Assembly (NCBI GenBank): GCA_963707215.1
Contig: CAVPPB010000003.1
Span: 160,001 to 224,000 of the forward strand
Direction: 5' to 3'
Source: an uncultured Chloroflexia bacterium
Lineage (GTDB): Bacteria > Chloroflexota > Limnocylindria > Limnocylindrales > CSP1-4
Length of the DNA: 64,000 bases
This document shows, piece by piece, positions 1 to 10,689 of this stretch (the first letter of the stretch is position 1; each line of letters starts with the position of its first letter). Position numbers and translations under genes: made by a program. Below the pieces are notes generated by a model. That model worked only from the letters and a program-made list of their open reading frames with translations, was not told the origin of the DNA and did not search any database.

Positions 1-947
1 GGCGGCCGGGCCCGGACGCCACCTTGCCGCGACGCCGGATGCCGGCCGTGTCGATGAGCACGATCTCGCTGCGGCCCCACTCGAGCCGCGTATCGATCGC
101 GTCCCGCGTCGTGCCCGGCACCTCCGAGACGATGACGCGCTCCTCGCCGAGGAGGGCGTTGAGCAGGCTCGACTTGCCGACATTCGGTCGCCCGACCAGG
201 GCGATCGCGGCCGGTCCCTCGTCGGCCGCCGCGATCTCGGCGTCCCAGCGTCGGGCGGCCGCGTCGACGAGGTCCAGGTCATCGTCCGCCCCGGGCTCGC
301 CTGCCTCGCGGTCCCCCGCCTCATCCTCGACGACGCAGGATCGGCGCGAGACGACCCGTCCGCGATGTCGTCGGCCCAGACCTCCGCCTCGGCCTGCGCG
401 CGCCTTGCGCGCCAGCTCCTCGGGGCTCTCCGGCGGCAGGTTCCAGACCAGCACGTCGAGCAGATCGGCGACGCCCCGGCCGTGGACTGGCCGCGATCGG
501 GTGGGTCTGCTCCCAGCCGAGCTGATGGAACTCGGCCGCCTCGAGCTCCCGCGTCTCGTTGTCGGCCTTGTTCACCGCCACGAGGACCGGCGTGCCCGGG
601 CCGTCGCAGCAGCTCGGCGGCCTCGTGTCGGCGGGTGTCAGACCAGTCTCGCCGCGTCGACGACGAAGACGATGAGGTTCGCCTCGGCGATGGCCAGTCG
701 GGCCTGGTCCTGGACCCGCTCTCGATGTCGTCGTCCGGGACGACCTCCAGGCCCCCGGTGTCGACGACGACGAACCGACGTCCGTTCCACTCCGCATCGC
801 CATAGAGTCGATCGCGGGTCGTCCGCGCCCGATCCTCCACGATGGCGGCGCGCGACCGACGATGCGGTTGAAGAGGGTGCTCTTGCCGACGTTCGGTCGG
901 CCGACGATGGCGACGACCGGGAGGCCGGTCGGCCCGCCGGCTCTCAC
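1..947 (-). CDS. der: Ribosome biogenesis GTPase Der/EngA (runs off left edge; several apparent frameshifts)
   Basis: [17 protein letters not shown] at the N-terminus, AVNKAD motif, and a second [18 protein letters not shown]-domain near 100-210; pieces lie in different frames. Confidence 0.9.
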
Positions 948-1932
948 GGCCTTAGCCTGCGGCGCGACGGCGACGGCGGCGTCGGGATCGACGTCGTCCG
1001 CCCGGCCGGCGTGGCGGCCAGGGCCAGGGCGGCCTCGGCGAGCTCCAGGGCGTTGGCACGGGCACTCAGGCGTCCCGGCGAGCTCGAGGATCCGCTGGCG
1101 ACGTCCCGCAGGTCCTCGATCGGCGTCGACGTGCCGCCGGTCACGCCGACGATCGGTCGCCGCCCCGAAGCGACCGAGGGATCGGTCAGCTCACGGACCA
1201 GGTCTGGACCTGGACGGACGGGCGTGCCGACGATCTCGCACAGGCGGGTGAGCTCCTTCGTGTTGGCGCTTGAGCGGCCGCCGACCACGACCATGAGACT
1301 CGACCTGTCGGGCCGTCTCCATCGTGTCCTCCTGCCGCCGGATGGTCACCGGGCAGACGGTGTTCACGATCTTGAGTTCGTGGCTGCGACCGACGATGAA
1401 GCGCCGCCAGGCGCTCGAACTTCCAGGGGGGCTGGGTGCTCTGGGAGATCAAGCGCCATCCGCTTCCTGCGCGGGATCCGCTCCCACTCGTCCTCATCGT
1501 CGACGACGATCGCGTCGGGGGCGAAGCCGAGCAGGCCGACGACCTCGGGATGGCTGCCGCGTGCCCAGCAGGACGATGGTGTAGCCCTCCTCGACGAGCC
1601 GGACGAGCTCTCTCTGCTCCTGGATCACCCAGGTGCAGGTCCCGTCGATGACGTCGAGCCCGTTGCGCCTCGGCCCGCTCCATGACCTCGGGCCGCACGC
1701 CGTGGGCGCGGATGACGACGGCCGCACCCTCGGTCACGTCGTCGAGGGTCGCCACGTGTCGGATGCCCAGACCCTCGAGATCACGGATGACGCCCTCGTT
1801 GTGGACGACCTGACCCAGGGTGTGGGTGACCTTGCCCGCCGACCGGGCTTCCTTCGCCTTGTCGATCGCCTCGCGGACGCCGTAGCAGAAGCCGGTCCGC
1901 CGGGCGATCCGAATCTCTCGGATCGTTCCCAT
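944..1932 (-). CDS. ispH: 4-hydroxy-3-methylbut-2-enyl diphosphate reductase (frameshifted in this assembly)
   Basis: [42 protein letters not shown] and GVTGGTSTP motifs spread over several frames. Confidence 0.9.
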
Positions 1933-1991
1933 CACGCCGCCGATTATGTCATGCGGCCCGGTCACGGCCGGTCGGCCCGCCGGTGCCTTGC

Positions 1992-2723
1992 TCAGCCCCC
2001 TGCTGAAGGTTCGGCGCCGGGTTCGTCCCGGATCGGTCCGGCGTCGACGTACGCGCCGCGGTAGGCCAGCGGCAGCAGCTCGGCGATCCGATGCATGATG
2101 ACGTCGGTGGCGAGCGCCTTGGCCGCGCGTCGGTCGATCGCCGGGTCGAGCACTTCGCCGATGCGGAACGGCTCCCCGACCGTGACGGTGACATGGCCAC
2201 CGCGCCTGGGCTTGGCGCCGCGCGGCCAGACCTGGCCGGTGCCGACGATGCCGATGGGCAGGATGGACGCGTCCGTCCGCATCGCGAGCAGCGCCAGACC
2301 CTCGCGGGCCCGCTGTAGCGCGCCGTCGGGACTGCGGGTGCCCTCCGGGAAGACGACCAGCGCGTTCCCGTCGCGAAGGATCCGCTCGGCGACCCGGAAG
2401 GCCTCGATGTCGGAGCCGGAGCGCTCGACGGGATGCACGGAGTAGGCCCGGACGAAGTGGCCGAGGATGGGCCACTCCAGCATCTCCCGCTTGCCCAGCC
2501 AATGGATCCGCCGGCCCATCGCGGGAACCAGCCAGCCGGCCAGCATCACGCCGTCGGCATTGGAGACATGGTTGGCGGCGATGATCAGCGGACCCTGCCT
2601 CGGGATCCGGTCGAGCGCACCGACCAGATCGACCCCGGTGAAGATCCTCGACCCGACCCGGGCAGCGAAGCTCATCAGGCGGATGTAGGGCGTGACCCGG
2701 TCCTGGCTGGCGGCGCCGCTCAT
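1992..2723 (-). CDS. plsC: 1-acyl-sn-glycerol-3-phosphate acyltransferase
   Basis: NHVSNAD (HX4D) and FPEGTRS motifs; follows cmk. Confidence 0.9.
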   Translation of the reverse strand: MSGAASQDRVTPYIRLMSFAARVGSRIFTGVDLVGALDRIPRQGPLIIAANHVSNADGVMLAGWLVPAMGRRIHWLGKREMLEWPILGHFVRAYSVHPVERSGSDIEAFRVAERILRDGNALVVFPEGTRSPDGALQRAREGLALLAMRTDASILPIGIVGTGQVWPRGAKPRRGGHVTVTVGEPFRIGEVLDPAIDRRAAKALATDVIMHRIAELLPLAYRGAYVDAGPIRDEPGAEPSAGG

Positions 2724-3418
2724 CCCGGGGCTCCGCCGGTCTCCCGGATCGCCTGCACGACGGCCGCGACCGTCGCCTCGAAGTCGAGGCCGTCGGTGAC
2801 GATGATGACCGCGTCGTCCGGGACCCGGAGCGGGGCGACCTCGCGGCCGCGGTCGATCGCGTCGCGGCGCCGCAGCGACGCCAGGATCTCGGCCGCCTCG
2901 GGTCCGTCTGGATCGAGGTCGCGCTCGAGGGCCCGTCGCCGTGCCCGCTCCTCGGCCGACGCGTCGAGGAAGACCTTGAGGTCCGCGTCGGGGAGCACCA
3001 CGCTGCCGATGTCGCGGCCGGCCATGACGATGTCGCCGGACGCGGCCATGGCCCGCTGGCGCTCGAGGAGGGATGCCCGGACCTCGGGGATCCGGGCGAC
3101 CGAGCTCACCACGGCATCGACCTCGGCCGAGCGCACGGCGTCGGTCACGTCCTCCCCGTCGACGAGGACGCGCGCCAGCCGACCCTGCCGATCAGCTTCG
3201 AGATCGACCGTCGGAACGAGCTTGACGAGGGCCGGCACGTCGCCGAGGTCGACCTCGGCGCGGATGGCGGCCCGGGCCACGGCCCGATAGAGCAGACCCG
3301 TGTCGCAGAAGCGGTAGCCGACAGCCAGTGCCGCCGCTGCCCCGACGCTGCTCTTGCCGGACGACGCGGGACCGTCGATGGCCACCACAAGCGGGCGTGA
3401 CCCGGCCTTGGGCTCCAT
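2720..3418 (-). CDS. cmk: Cytidylate kinase
   Basis: AIDGPASSGKSS, DTGLLYRA, GRDIGSVV. Confidence 0.95.
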   Translation of the reverse strand: MEPKAGSRPLVVAIDGPASSGKSSVGAAAALAVGYRFCDTGLLYRAVARAAIRAEVDLGDVPALVKLVPTVDLEADRQGRLARVLVDGEDVTDAVRSAEVDAVVSSVARIPEVRASLLERQRAMAASGDIVMAGRDIGSVVLPDADLKVFLDASAEERARRRALERDLDPDGPEAAEILASLRRRDAIDRGREVAPLRVPDDAVIIVTDGLDFEATVAAVVQAIRETGGAPG

Positions 3419-3461
3419 GGCGCCAGCATACCCGGCACCCGGCCGCCCTCGAGGGGCCGGC

Positions 3462-4235
3462 TCACTCCGGCTCGCCCCCCAGCTCCCGCTTCTCCTCGGC
3501 GGTCAGGGCTCGCACCGCTCCCGAGGGGAGGCCCGCCAGGGTCAGGTTGCCGATCCGGATCCGGACCAGGCGGCGGACCTGGATGCCGACCGCCGAGAAC
3601 ATCCGCCGTGCCTGGCGCTTGCGGCCCTCGCCGAGGACGAGCCGGTACCAGTGCAGGTCGTCGGCCGGTGAAGGCTCCAGCAAGGGGACCAGCGATCGGA
3701 CCGTCGGCCACGATGCCTCCCCCACCTCGATGGCGCGGGCCGGTCCGTCGGCCAGCTCGATCCCGCCGCGCAGCGACCGGACAGCGGCGGGCTCGAGCGG
3801 TCGGTCCGACGCGACGAGGTACTCGCGGTGGACGCCGTGCCGCGGATGGAGGACGCGCTGGGCCCACGGACCGTCGTCGGTCAGCAGGAGAAGGCCCTCC
3901 GAGTCCCGGTCCAGGCGGCCGACCGGGTAGAGCCGCGCTCCGGGCCGGCGGAGCGGTTCGGGCACGAGGTCGATGACAGTGCGCACGGCGTGGGCGTCGC
4001 GGACCGTCGATGTCACGCCGGGCGGCTTGTGCAAGGCCAGGTGCACGCGAGGCCGGCCGACGACGATCGGCCGGCCGTCCACGGCGATCACCGCCGCTGC
4101 CGGGTCCACCCGTTCCCCGATGCGGGCGACGCGACCGTCGATGGTCACCCGTCCCGCTTCGATCAGTGTCTCCGAAGCGCGGCGCGAGGCGACGCCGGCA
4201 CTCGCGAGGACCTTCTGGAGGCGCTCCCCGCTCAC
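3462..4235 (-). CDS. rluB: rRNA pseudouridine synthase (RluB/RsuA family) with S4 domain
   Basis: ERLQKVLASAGVASRR, YPVGRLDRDSEGLLLLTDDG; lies after scpB. Confidence 0.88.
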   Translation of the reverse strand: MSGERLQKVLASAGVASRRASETLIEAGRVTIDGRVARIGERVDPAAAVIAVDGRPIVVGRPRVHLALHKPPGVTSTVRDAHAVRTVIDLVPEPLRRPGARLYPVGRLDRDSEGLLLLTDDGPWAQRVLHPRHGVHREYLVASDRPLEPAAVRSLRGGIELADGPARAIEVGEASWPTVRSLVPLLEPSPADDLHWYRLVLGEGRKRQARRMFSAVGIQVRRLVRIRIGNLTLAGLPSGAVRALTAEEKRELGGEPE

Positions 4236-4251
4236 CCCGGGCCGGCCTCGC

Positions 4252-5103
4252 TCATTCCGGGCCTGGGTCGCCGGGACCGGGCCCGACCGGGGTCCCCGGC
4301 CCGACCGACGGTCCATCGGCCTCGTCACCGTCGTCGGCCTGGGCGGCGGCGCCCTCGGTCCCATCGGGCTCGTCCGTCGGATCGACCGTGGCGATCGGGA
4401 TCCCGGCCCCCTCCTCGACGAGCCTGGCGGCGATCTCCGCCGGCAGCGGCGGCAGCTGCTCCAGGCTCGTCAGGCCGAACCGCTCCAGGAAGTCGAGGCC
4501 GGTCCCGTAGAGGAAGGGCCGGCCCGGCGTCTCGGCCCGGCCAAGCTCGACGACCAGGCGCCGGTGCAGGAGGGTGCGGACCGTGTAGTCGCTGTCGACG
4601 CCGCGGATGCGCTCGATGGCGGCCCGCGTCACGGGCTGCCGATAGGCCACGATGGCCAGCGTCTCGAGAGCCGCCGGGGACAGCCGGACCGCGTCGGCAC
4701 CGACGTACCGGCCGATGAGGGGACCAGCCTCCGGGGCGGTCGCGAGGGCCACCCGGTCGCCATCCAGGAGGAGCCGGATCCCCCGCTCGGCGAGGGCGAC
4801 CTCCAGGTCGCCGAGACGGTCGTCGACGACCGCTCGGTCGACACCGGCGATCGTCGCGAGCTCGCGCCGAGCAAGCGGTCGCTCCGCGACGAACAGCAAT
4901 GCCTCGAGCTGCTGCTCGCTGAGCTGGCCGCCCTCGTCCGGCGGATCCGGTGCCGTGGGGGCGGTGACGCTCTCGCCGGCTGCATCCGGCGGGGCTGCGG
5001 CTGGATCCGCCACGGGGCCGCTCGGTCCTCCAGCGCCCGCGCCCAAGCCCGGCCCGACCGCGACGCCCGGTCCCTCCGGCCTCTCCCTGCGTTCGCCGGT
5101 CAC
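4252..5103 (-). CDS. scpB: SMC-Scp complex subunit ScpB (true start may be slightly downstream)
   Basis: LEALLF, LSPAALETLAIVAYRQPVTRA, GRPFLYGT. Confidence 0.95.
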   Translation of the reverse strand: MTGERRERPEGPGVAVGPGLGAGAGGPSGPVADPAAAPPDAAGESVTAPTAPDPPDEGGQLSEQQLEALLFVAERPLARRELATIAGVDRAVVDDRLGDLEVALAERGIRLLLDGDRVALATAPEAGPLIGRYVGADAVRLSPAALETLAIVAYRQPVTRAAIERIRGVDSDYTVRTLLHRRLVVELGRAETPGRPFLYGTGLDFLERFGLTSLEQLPPLPAEIAARLVEEGAGIPIATVDPTDEPDGTEGAAAQADDGDEADGPSVGPGTPVGPGPGDPGPE

Positions 5104-5990
5104 GCGAAGTCCGCCAGCGATTCGTCGAGCGCGGCGGCTTCGTCGACGGGGACGCCGGCCGCTCGGCGCTCCGCCTCGGACGTGCGGCGGGCCGCGATCG
5201 GACCCCAGGGGCGCTCCTGCTCCACGACGATCTCGCGCCGCTTCATCAGCTCGAGCATGGCCAGGAACGTGACGGCGGCGACGGCCCGATCGCGGACCCC
5301 CCGGAGCAGCTCCTGGAGGACGACGACGTCCGTGTCACGCAGGGCCGCCCGGATGATCTCGGCACGCTCGGTCAGGGTCACCGTCCGCGGGATCGTCTCC
5401 GGGGGTGGGGGCGGGGGCGGCACGACCCGCAGGAGCGCCTCCAGGGCATCCATCAACCGCTGCGGGTCGATCGGTTCCGGATCCGGCGCCCGGGCCCCCC
5501 GGAGGGCCGCGGCCGCCGCTGCAGCGGGTTCGCGCCGGAACACGCCGACGCGGTCGGCCGCCCGTTCCTGGAGGACCTGCCCAGCATCACGGAAGGCCCG
5601 GTAGAGGACGAGGCGGGCACGCAGCTCTGCCTCCGGGTCGACCTCCTCATCGAGGCCGATCGGGACAGCCTGCGGCGCCCTCGGCAGCATCGCCCGGCTC
5701 TTGATGAGGATGAGCTGAGAGGCGACCGTGACGAACGCCGCCACGTGCCCCATCCGGTCCTCGTCCAGTTCCGCGAGCGCCTCCAGGTAGGCCTCGGCCA
5801 GCGACCCGAGTGGGACGGTGAGGACGTCGAGCTGGCGAGCCTCGATCAGCGCCAGCAGCAGGCCGAGCGGCCCCTCCCAGCCGGCGACCGATACGTGGGC
5901 TGCCCGGTCCGGCCGGCGATCCGGCTCGAACCGGACGGCCGACGGGCCCGCCTCCAGGGAAGGCAGCGGCAGAGGGCCTACGACGGCCAT
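5100..5990 (-). CDS. scpA: Segregation/condensation kleisin ScpA
   Basis: EGPLGLLLALIE, LILIKSRAMLP, TFLAMLELMK. Confidence 0.95.
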   Translation of the reverse strand: MAVVGPLPLPSLEAGPSAVRFEPDRRPDRAAHVSVAGWEGPLGLLLALIEARQLDVLTVPLGSLAEAYLEALAELDEDRMGHVAAFVTVASQLILIKSRAMLPRAPQAVPIGLDEEVDPEAELRARLVLYRAFRDAGQVLQERAADRVGVFRREPAAAAAAALRGARAPDPEPIDPQRLMDALEALLRVVPPPPPPPETIPRTVTLTERAEIIRAALRDTDVVVLQELLRGVRDRAVAAVTFLAMLELMKRREIVVEQERPWGPIAARRTSEAERRAAGVPVDEAAALDESLADFA

Positions 5991-6487
5991 CAGCCGGCCT
6001 CGTCGGCGAGCCGGAGAAGCTCGCCGTACTCGGGATCGCGGGGCGCTTCCTGGTAGCGGATCAGGTCCACGGTCCGTGGCGGGCAGCCGACCCCGGCCGC
6101 GAGGGCCGCCGACGTCTCCGCATGGGTGGCCAGCGTCTCGAGATCGCCGGACCAGCCCGGGACGACCCCCCCAAGCCGAACGACCCAGGGGCCGTAGGCC
6201 TGGCCGAGTGAGTGGACGACCCGGGGCAGCACCCCGACCCGGCCCTTGCCGGCATCGTGGAGCAGGCCGGCCAGGAGGACGTCACGATCCTCGACCCCCT
6301 GGGCGCGGAGGGACGCGAGGACATCGAGGCCGTGGCGTCGGTCGGCGACGTGCATCCGGTCGAAGAGGGCCAGCTGCTCGGGCCGGAGCCATGACGCCAC
6401 CGCCGCCCGCTCGTCCGGTCCGACGCGGGCGGTCAGGTGGCCCCGGAACTGGCGGACCCTAGACGCCCACCAGGAAGTACGTGACAT
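5990..6487 (-). CDS. HD-domain protein
   Basis: H...LLHDAGK...H...ADE HD superfamily pattern. Confidence 0.75.
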   Translation of the reverse strand: MSRTSWWASRVRQFRGHLTARVGPDERAAVASWLRPEQLALFDRMHVADRRHGLDVLASLRAQGVEDRDVLLAGLLHDAGKGRVGVLPRVVHSLGQAYGPWVVRLGGVVPGWSGDLETLATHAETSAALAAGVGCPPRTVDLIRYQEAPRDPEYGELLRLADEAG

Positions 6488-7097
6488 CCAGCATGAACCT
6501 CACGAGGACGTTCCCGAACAGCAGGACGCCCACGATGATGATGACGAACCCGTATTGGGCGAGCTGTGTCCGGAGCCGCCAGACCGTCGCCGGTGGCAGG
6601 AAGCGGAACAGCAGCTGGGACCCGTCAAGTGGTGGGACGGGAATCATGTTGAAGACGGCGAGCATGACGTTGTAGAGCACGAAGTTGAAGAGGATGATCG
6701 CCGCGATGGCCGGGACCTCGACCTGGAAGCCGAGCAGGGCTCGGATCACGAGGGCCATGACCGAGGCCATGATGAGGTTGGAGGCCGGCCCGGCCACGGC
6801 TACGATCACCTCGCCGTTGCGACGGTCGACGAGGTTCGAGGGGTTGACCGGGGTCGGCTTGGCCCAGCCGAAGACGAACCCTCCGAGGAGGATCGACACG
6901 GTCAGCAGGATCCCCCCGAGGGGATCGAAGTGGCGCCGCGGATCGAGCGTCAGCCGGCCCATGAAGCGGGCGGTGTGATCGCCGAGCCGGTCCGCCGCGT
7001 AGGCATGGGCGAACTCGTGGACCGGGAAACCGACGAGCAGGAAGAAGGCGATCAGGATCCCCGCGCTGAGCAGTCGCTCCGGACTCAGGTCGAACAC
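6459..7097 (-). CDS. Site-2 protease family (M50) zinc metalloprotease
   Basis: HEFAH, AGPASN, FNMIPVPPLDG, multiple TM segments. Confidence 0.92.
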   Translation of the reverse strand: MFDLSPERLLSAGILIAFFLLVGFPVHEFAHAYAADRLGDHTARFMGRLTLDPRRHFDPLGGILLTVSILLGGFVFGWAKPTPVNPSNLVDRRNGEVIVAVAGPASNLIMASVMALVIRALLGFQVEVPAIAAIILFNFVLYNVMLAVFNMIPVPPLDGSQLLFRFLPPATVWRLRTQLAQYGFVIIIVGVLLFGNVLVRFMLDVTYFLVGV

Positions 7098-7153
7098 GGA
7101 TACCTCGGTGCGAGCGGGACGACGCGAATCCTAGCCCGCCCGAGCGGAGCCGG

Positions 7154-7924
7154 TCAGATGCGCTCCAGGAGCTCCCGCTTCTTGGCCTCGTACTCCTCGG
7201 GCGTGATGGCGCCCGAATCCCGCAACTCGGCCAACGAGGCGAGTGTCCTCGTCGCGTCGTCCGAGCCGGCTGCCTGCGCAGCAGCGGCGGGTGCTGGCGG
7301 CGGCGGAGCCGCTTCAGCCTGGGTGGGCTGAGGCGGAGCGACAGGAGCCTGGGCCTCGGCCCGGACCGGCGGGGTCGGCGTCCGCGGCGTGTTGATCATG
7401 ACGAGGCGCTCGTCCTTGGCGGTCATCATCGCCTTCTTGAACTCGACCGGGTCGGGCAGCGCCACGAGCTCGTCGACGCCGGTGTCGGCCGGGGTGAGGA
7501 TCCGCAGGTTGCCCCAGCCGAGCACTCGTCCGAGCCACGGGACGTTGATCTGGGCGTCGGTGATGTTCTCGATGGACGAATCGCTCGACTGCTTGTTGAC
7601 GACCCCCCAGACGCGCATCACTCGGCGATCGGTCAGGAGGTACTCCTGTGACCTCCAGATCAGGATCGCCCAGACGAACCCGACGGCAGCGATCGCGAGG
7701 GCGATGACGGTGCCCCAGGTCAGGATCTGGTCGATGAATCCGACGGGCCCCTCGTTGCCCGTCAGCTGGGTGAGCAGGAAGCCGACCACCCCGATGGCGA
7801 AGGCGATGGCGACCCAGCGCCCGGCGACCAGGAACGGGAAGATCCAGTGCTGGCGCTCTCGACGGATGATGGACTCCCCGGGTGCCAGGAGTCCGTCGGC
7901 GTACGTCATCGGCTGCTTCTCCAT
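7154..7924 (-). CDS. Membrane protein with bacterial PH domain and C-terminal SHOCT domain
   Basis: Two TM helices, YLLTDRRV motif, C-terminal LAELRDSGAITPEEYEAKKRELL. Confidence 0.8.
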   Translation of the reverse strand: MEKQPMTYADGLLAPGESIIRRERQHWIFPFLVAGRWVAIAFAIGVVGFLLTQLTGNEGPVGFIDQILTWGTVIALAIAAVGFVWAILIWRSQEYLLTDRRVMRVWGVVNKQSSDSSIENITDAQINVPWLGRVLGWGNLRILTPADTGVDELVALPDPVEFKKAMMTAKDERLVMINTPRTPTPPVRAEAQAPVAPPQPTQAEAAPPPPAPAAAAQAAGSDDATRTLASLAELRDSGAITPEEYEAKKRELLERI

Positions 7925-7927
7925 CCC

Positions 7928-8944
7928 TCAGGCCCGGGGGTGGGCTCGGGCGTACATGTCCCGGATCCGCTCCCCGGAAAGGTGAGTGTACAACTGGGTC
8001 GTGCTGATGCTGGCGTGTCCCAGCAGCTCCTGGACCACCCGCAGATCGGCCCCGCCCTCCAGGAGGTGGGTGGCGAACGAGTGGCGCAGGGTGTGCGGGC
8101 TCACCCGATCGCCGAGGCCGGCCCGGGCGGCCGCGTTCTTGACGGTCGCCCAGGCCTGCTGGCGCGCCAACCGGCGGCCCCTGGCCGTCAGGAACAGCGG
8201 TCCGCCGGCGATGGGATGGACGTGACCCATGGCCAGCCAGGCCGCGCGCGGTCCCTCGATCCACCGCCCCAGCCACTCGAGGGCGACGTCCCCGACCGGC
8301 ACCAGCCGCTCCTTGTCGCCCTTGCCGACCACCCGGACGAAGGCGCCTTCGCGTGACAGGTCGTCGAGATCCAACCCCAGCGCCTCGGAGACCCGGAGGC
8401 CCGCCGCGTAGAGGAGCTCGAGGAGCGCCCGATCCCGGGTCGCCATGGCCGCCCCCGATACGTCGCCCACGGCCTCGCCAGCCGCCTCCAGGAGAGCCTC
8501 GACCTCGTCGACGGTGAGCGTCTCCGGCAGGAGGCGGGACTGCCGGGGCAGCTCCAGACGAGCGGCCACATCCGTCGCGATGAGGGACTCTCCGAAGGCG
8601 AACCGGTAGAACCCCCTGATCGAGGCCGCCCGGCGGCGGAGGCTCGTCGGCGCGAGCCCGGAGCGGCCGTCGAGCCTCCCCGACCCAGGCCGACCACGTC
8701 CAGCGGCCCGCACCAGGTGCGCCTCGGCGGCCTCCGGCCCGACGGCCCAGTCGGGTCCGGCGTCGACCGCGAAGGCCCGCAGGTCGCCGGCATAGGCCCG
8801 CAGCGTCGCTTCCGACAGTCCTCGCTCGACGCGCAGATGGTCGAGGTATCCGGCGACCGCGCGCGAGAAACGCGGGTCGACTGCCGACGGGCCGCCCGAC
8901 GGATCGACGACGCTCGAGCGGCGCGCGCGCGCGACCGGGGTCAC
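7928..8944 (-). CDS. xerD: Tyrosine recombinase XerD
   Basis: [58 protein letters not shown]. Confidence 0.88.
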   Translation of the reverse strand: MTPVARARRSSVVDPSGGPSAVDPRFSRAVAGYLDHLRVERGLSEATLRAYAGDLRAFAVDAGPDWAVGPEAAEAHLVRAAGRGRPGSGRLDGRSGLAPTSLRRRAASIRGFYRFAFGESLIATDVAARLELPRQSRLLPETLTVDEVEALLEAAGEAVGDVSGAAMATRDRALLELLYAAGLRVSEALGLDLDDLSREGAFVRVVGKGDKERLVPVGDVALEWLGRWIEGPRAAWLAMGHVHPIAGGPLFLTARGRRLARQQAWATVKNAAARAGLGDRVSPHTLRHSFATHLLEGGADLRVVQELLGHASISTTQLYTHLSGERIRDMYARAHPRA

Positions 8945-10689
8945 CCTGCCGCCACGAGCCGCTCGCCGCGCCACCCCTCGGCCCGGTCGAGCAGCTCCCG
9001 GGCGCTCGCCCGGGCGGCCTCGCCGCCCGTCGAGCCGGCGAGCATGTGGGCGAGTTCCTCCGTCCGGGCATCGCCGACCAGCGTCCGGACCGTCGTCGAG
9101 GTGCGGCCGCCACGCTCGATCTTCTCGATCCGCAGGTGCGTGTCGGCATACGCCGCGATCTGCGCCAGGTGGGTCACGCAGAGGACCTGGTGGCGCCGGC
9201 CGAGGGCCCACAGGGCGCGTCCGACGGGCTCGGCGCTGCGCCCGCCGATGCCGCTGTCGATCTCGTCGAACACCAGGGTCGGCGTGTCGTCCAGTCCGGC
9301 GAGGACCTCGCGGATCGCCAGAGCCACGCGCGAGAGCTCGCCGCCGGACGCGATCCGGGCCAGCGGCCGGGCCGGCTCACCCGGGTTGGGGGCGAAGCGG
9401 AAGACGACTTCGTCCACGCCGGTCTCGTCGAAGGCCACCGCGTCGCCGCCGAGCTCCACGGCCGGTTCGTTCGGCCCGGCGATCCGACGGCCCAGGCCGA
9501 CCGAGAAGGCGTCGCTGGGGAAGTCGAGGGGCTGGAGGGTCCGACCGACCGCCTCCGCCAGACCCTCGGCCGCCCGGGCCCGCCGTGCGGAGAGCTCGGC
9601 CGCGGCCGTCGCCACGTCCTTCAGCAGGGTCGCCTCGAGCTCGCTGCGACGGGCCCGCTCGGCATCCAGCCCCTTCAGGCGCTCGACCTCGGATCGGCAC
9701 TGCTCGCCATGGGCGATCACGGTCGCCTCGTCGTCGCCATAGCGGCGCTCCAGGGCGTAGATGAGCGACAGGCGCTCCTCCAGTCGAGCCAGCTCGGCTG
9801 GATCGTGGTCGACGACCTCGGCCAGCGCGCGCGCCTCCTCGGCAGCGTCCTCGAGCTCGGCGGCGAGCCCACCCAGGCGCTCGGCGAGCGGAGCGAACCG
9901 CGGATCGAGACGGGCGACCCGCTCGGCCGTCGTCGCTGCCGTGGCCGTCCCATCGCGGGCGCCGCCAGGATCCCCGAGCAAGGTCTCCCGGATCTCCCCC
10001 ACAGCGCGGATCGTGGTCTCGGCGTGTCGGACCGCTGCCAGGCGTCCCTCGATCTCGGTCGCCTCCCCGGGGCGCAGCCGGGCCGCCTCGATCTCCCGAG
10101 CCTCGTGGTCGAGGACCTCCAGCCGTCGGGCGAATTCGCGGGCGTCGGCGGGGAGTCCGGCCAGGACCTCGCGGTTCTGACGCCAGGCCTCGACGGCCAC
10201 GGCCACGGCGGCCCGGTCCCCCTGGTGCTCCCCGAACGCATCGAGGAGGTCGCGCTGGTGGCGATCGTCGAGGAGTCGCTGCTGATCGTGCTGACCGTGG
10301 ATGTCCACGAATTGGCCGACCGTGTCGGCCAGGCGGCCGGCCGTCACGGCCTCGTCGCCGAGCCGAGCCGACGATCGGCCCGCGGCGCTGACTTCGCGGA
10401 CCACGGTCAGATGACCATCGGGTCGCTCGAAGCGGGCCTCGACCCGGGCACCGGGTGCCCCGTGGCGCACGAGGCCCGTGTCCGCCCGGGCACCGAGGAC
10501 CAGGCCCAAGGCATCGATGAGCAGGCTCTTGCCGGCACCGGTCTCGCCGCTCAGGACGATCAGGCCCGCCGAGAGGTCGACGCGGACCCGCTCGAGGAGA
10601 GCGAGACCTTCGACGGCGAGCGAAGCCAGGCTGCCGGAGCCGACCGCGTCCCGGCCTGCCGGATCCTGCCGCTCGGCACCGGCGGTCAC
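8941..10689 (-). CDS. recN: DNA repair protein RecN
   Basis: GETGAGKS, IASGGELSR, FDEIDSGIGG, CVTHLAQIAA. Confidence 0.95.
   Translation of the reverse strand: MTAGAERQDPAGRDAVGSGSLASLAVEGLALLERVRVDLSAGLIVLSGETGAGKSLLIDALGLVLGARADTGLVRHGAPGARVEARFERPDGHLTVVREVSAAGRSSARLGDEAVTAGRLADTVGQFVDIHGQHDQQRLLDDRHQRDLLDAFGEHQGDRAAVAVAVEAWRQNREVLAGLPADAREFARRLEVLDHEAREIEAARLRPGEATEIEGRLAAVRHAETTIRAVGEIRETLLGDPGGARDGTATAATTAERVARLDPRFAPLAERLGGLAAELEDAAEEARALAEVVDHDPAELARLEERLSLIYALERRYGDDEATVIAHGEQCRSEVERLKGLDAERARRSELEATLLKDVATAAAELSARRARAAEGLAEAVGRTLQPLDFPSDAFSVGLGRRIAGPNEPAVELGGDAVAFDETGVDEVVFRFAPNPGEPARPLARIASGGELSRVALAIREVLAGLDDTPTLVFDEIDSGIGGRSAEPVGRALWALGRRHQVLCVTHLAQIAAYADTHLRIEKIERGGRTSTTVRTLVGDARTEELAHMLAGSTGGEAARASARELLDRAEGWRGERLVAAG

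Noticed and set aside
1-1932. der and ispH as pseudogenes or programmed frameshifts
   Set aside because: Essential genes with intact motifs; many indels clustered near the window edge suggest sequencing or assembly error.
7928-8944. xerD (or xerC at 59768-60814) as the island integrase
   Set aside because: Both are in housekeeping contexts, and the island ends and repeats do not resemble dif sites.
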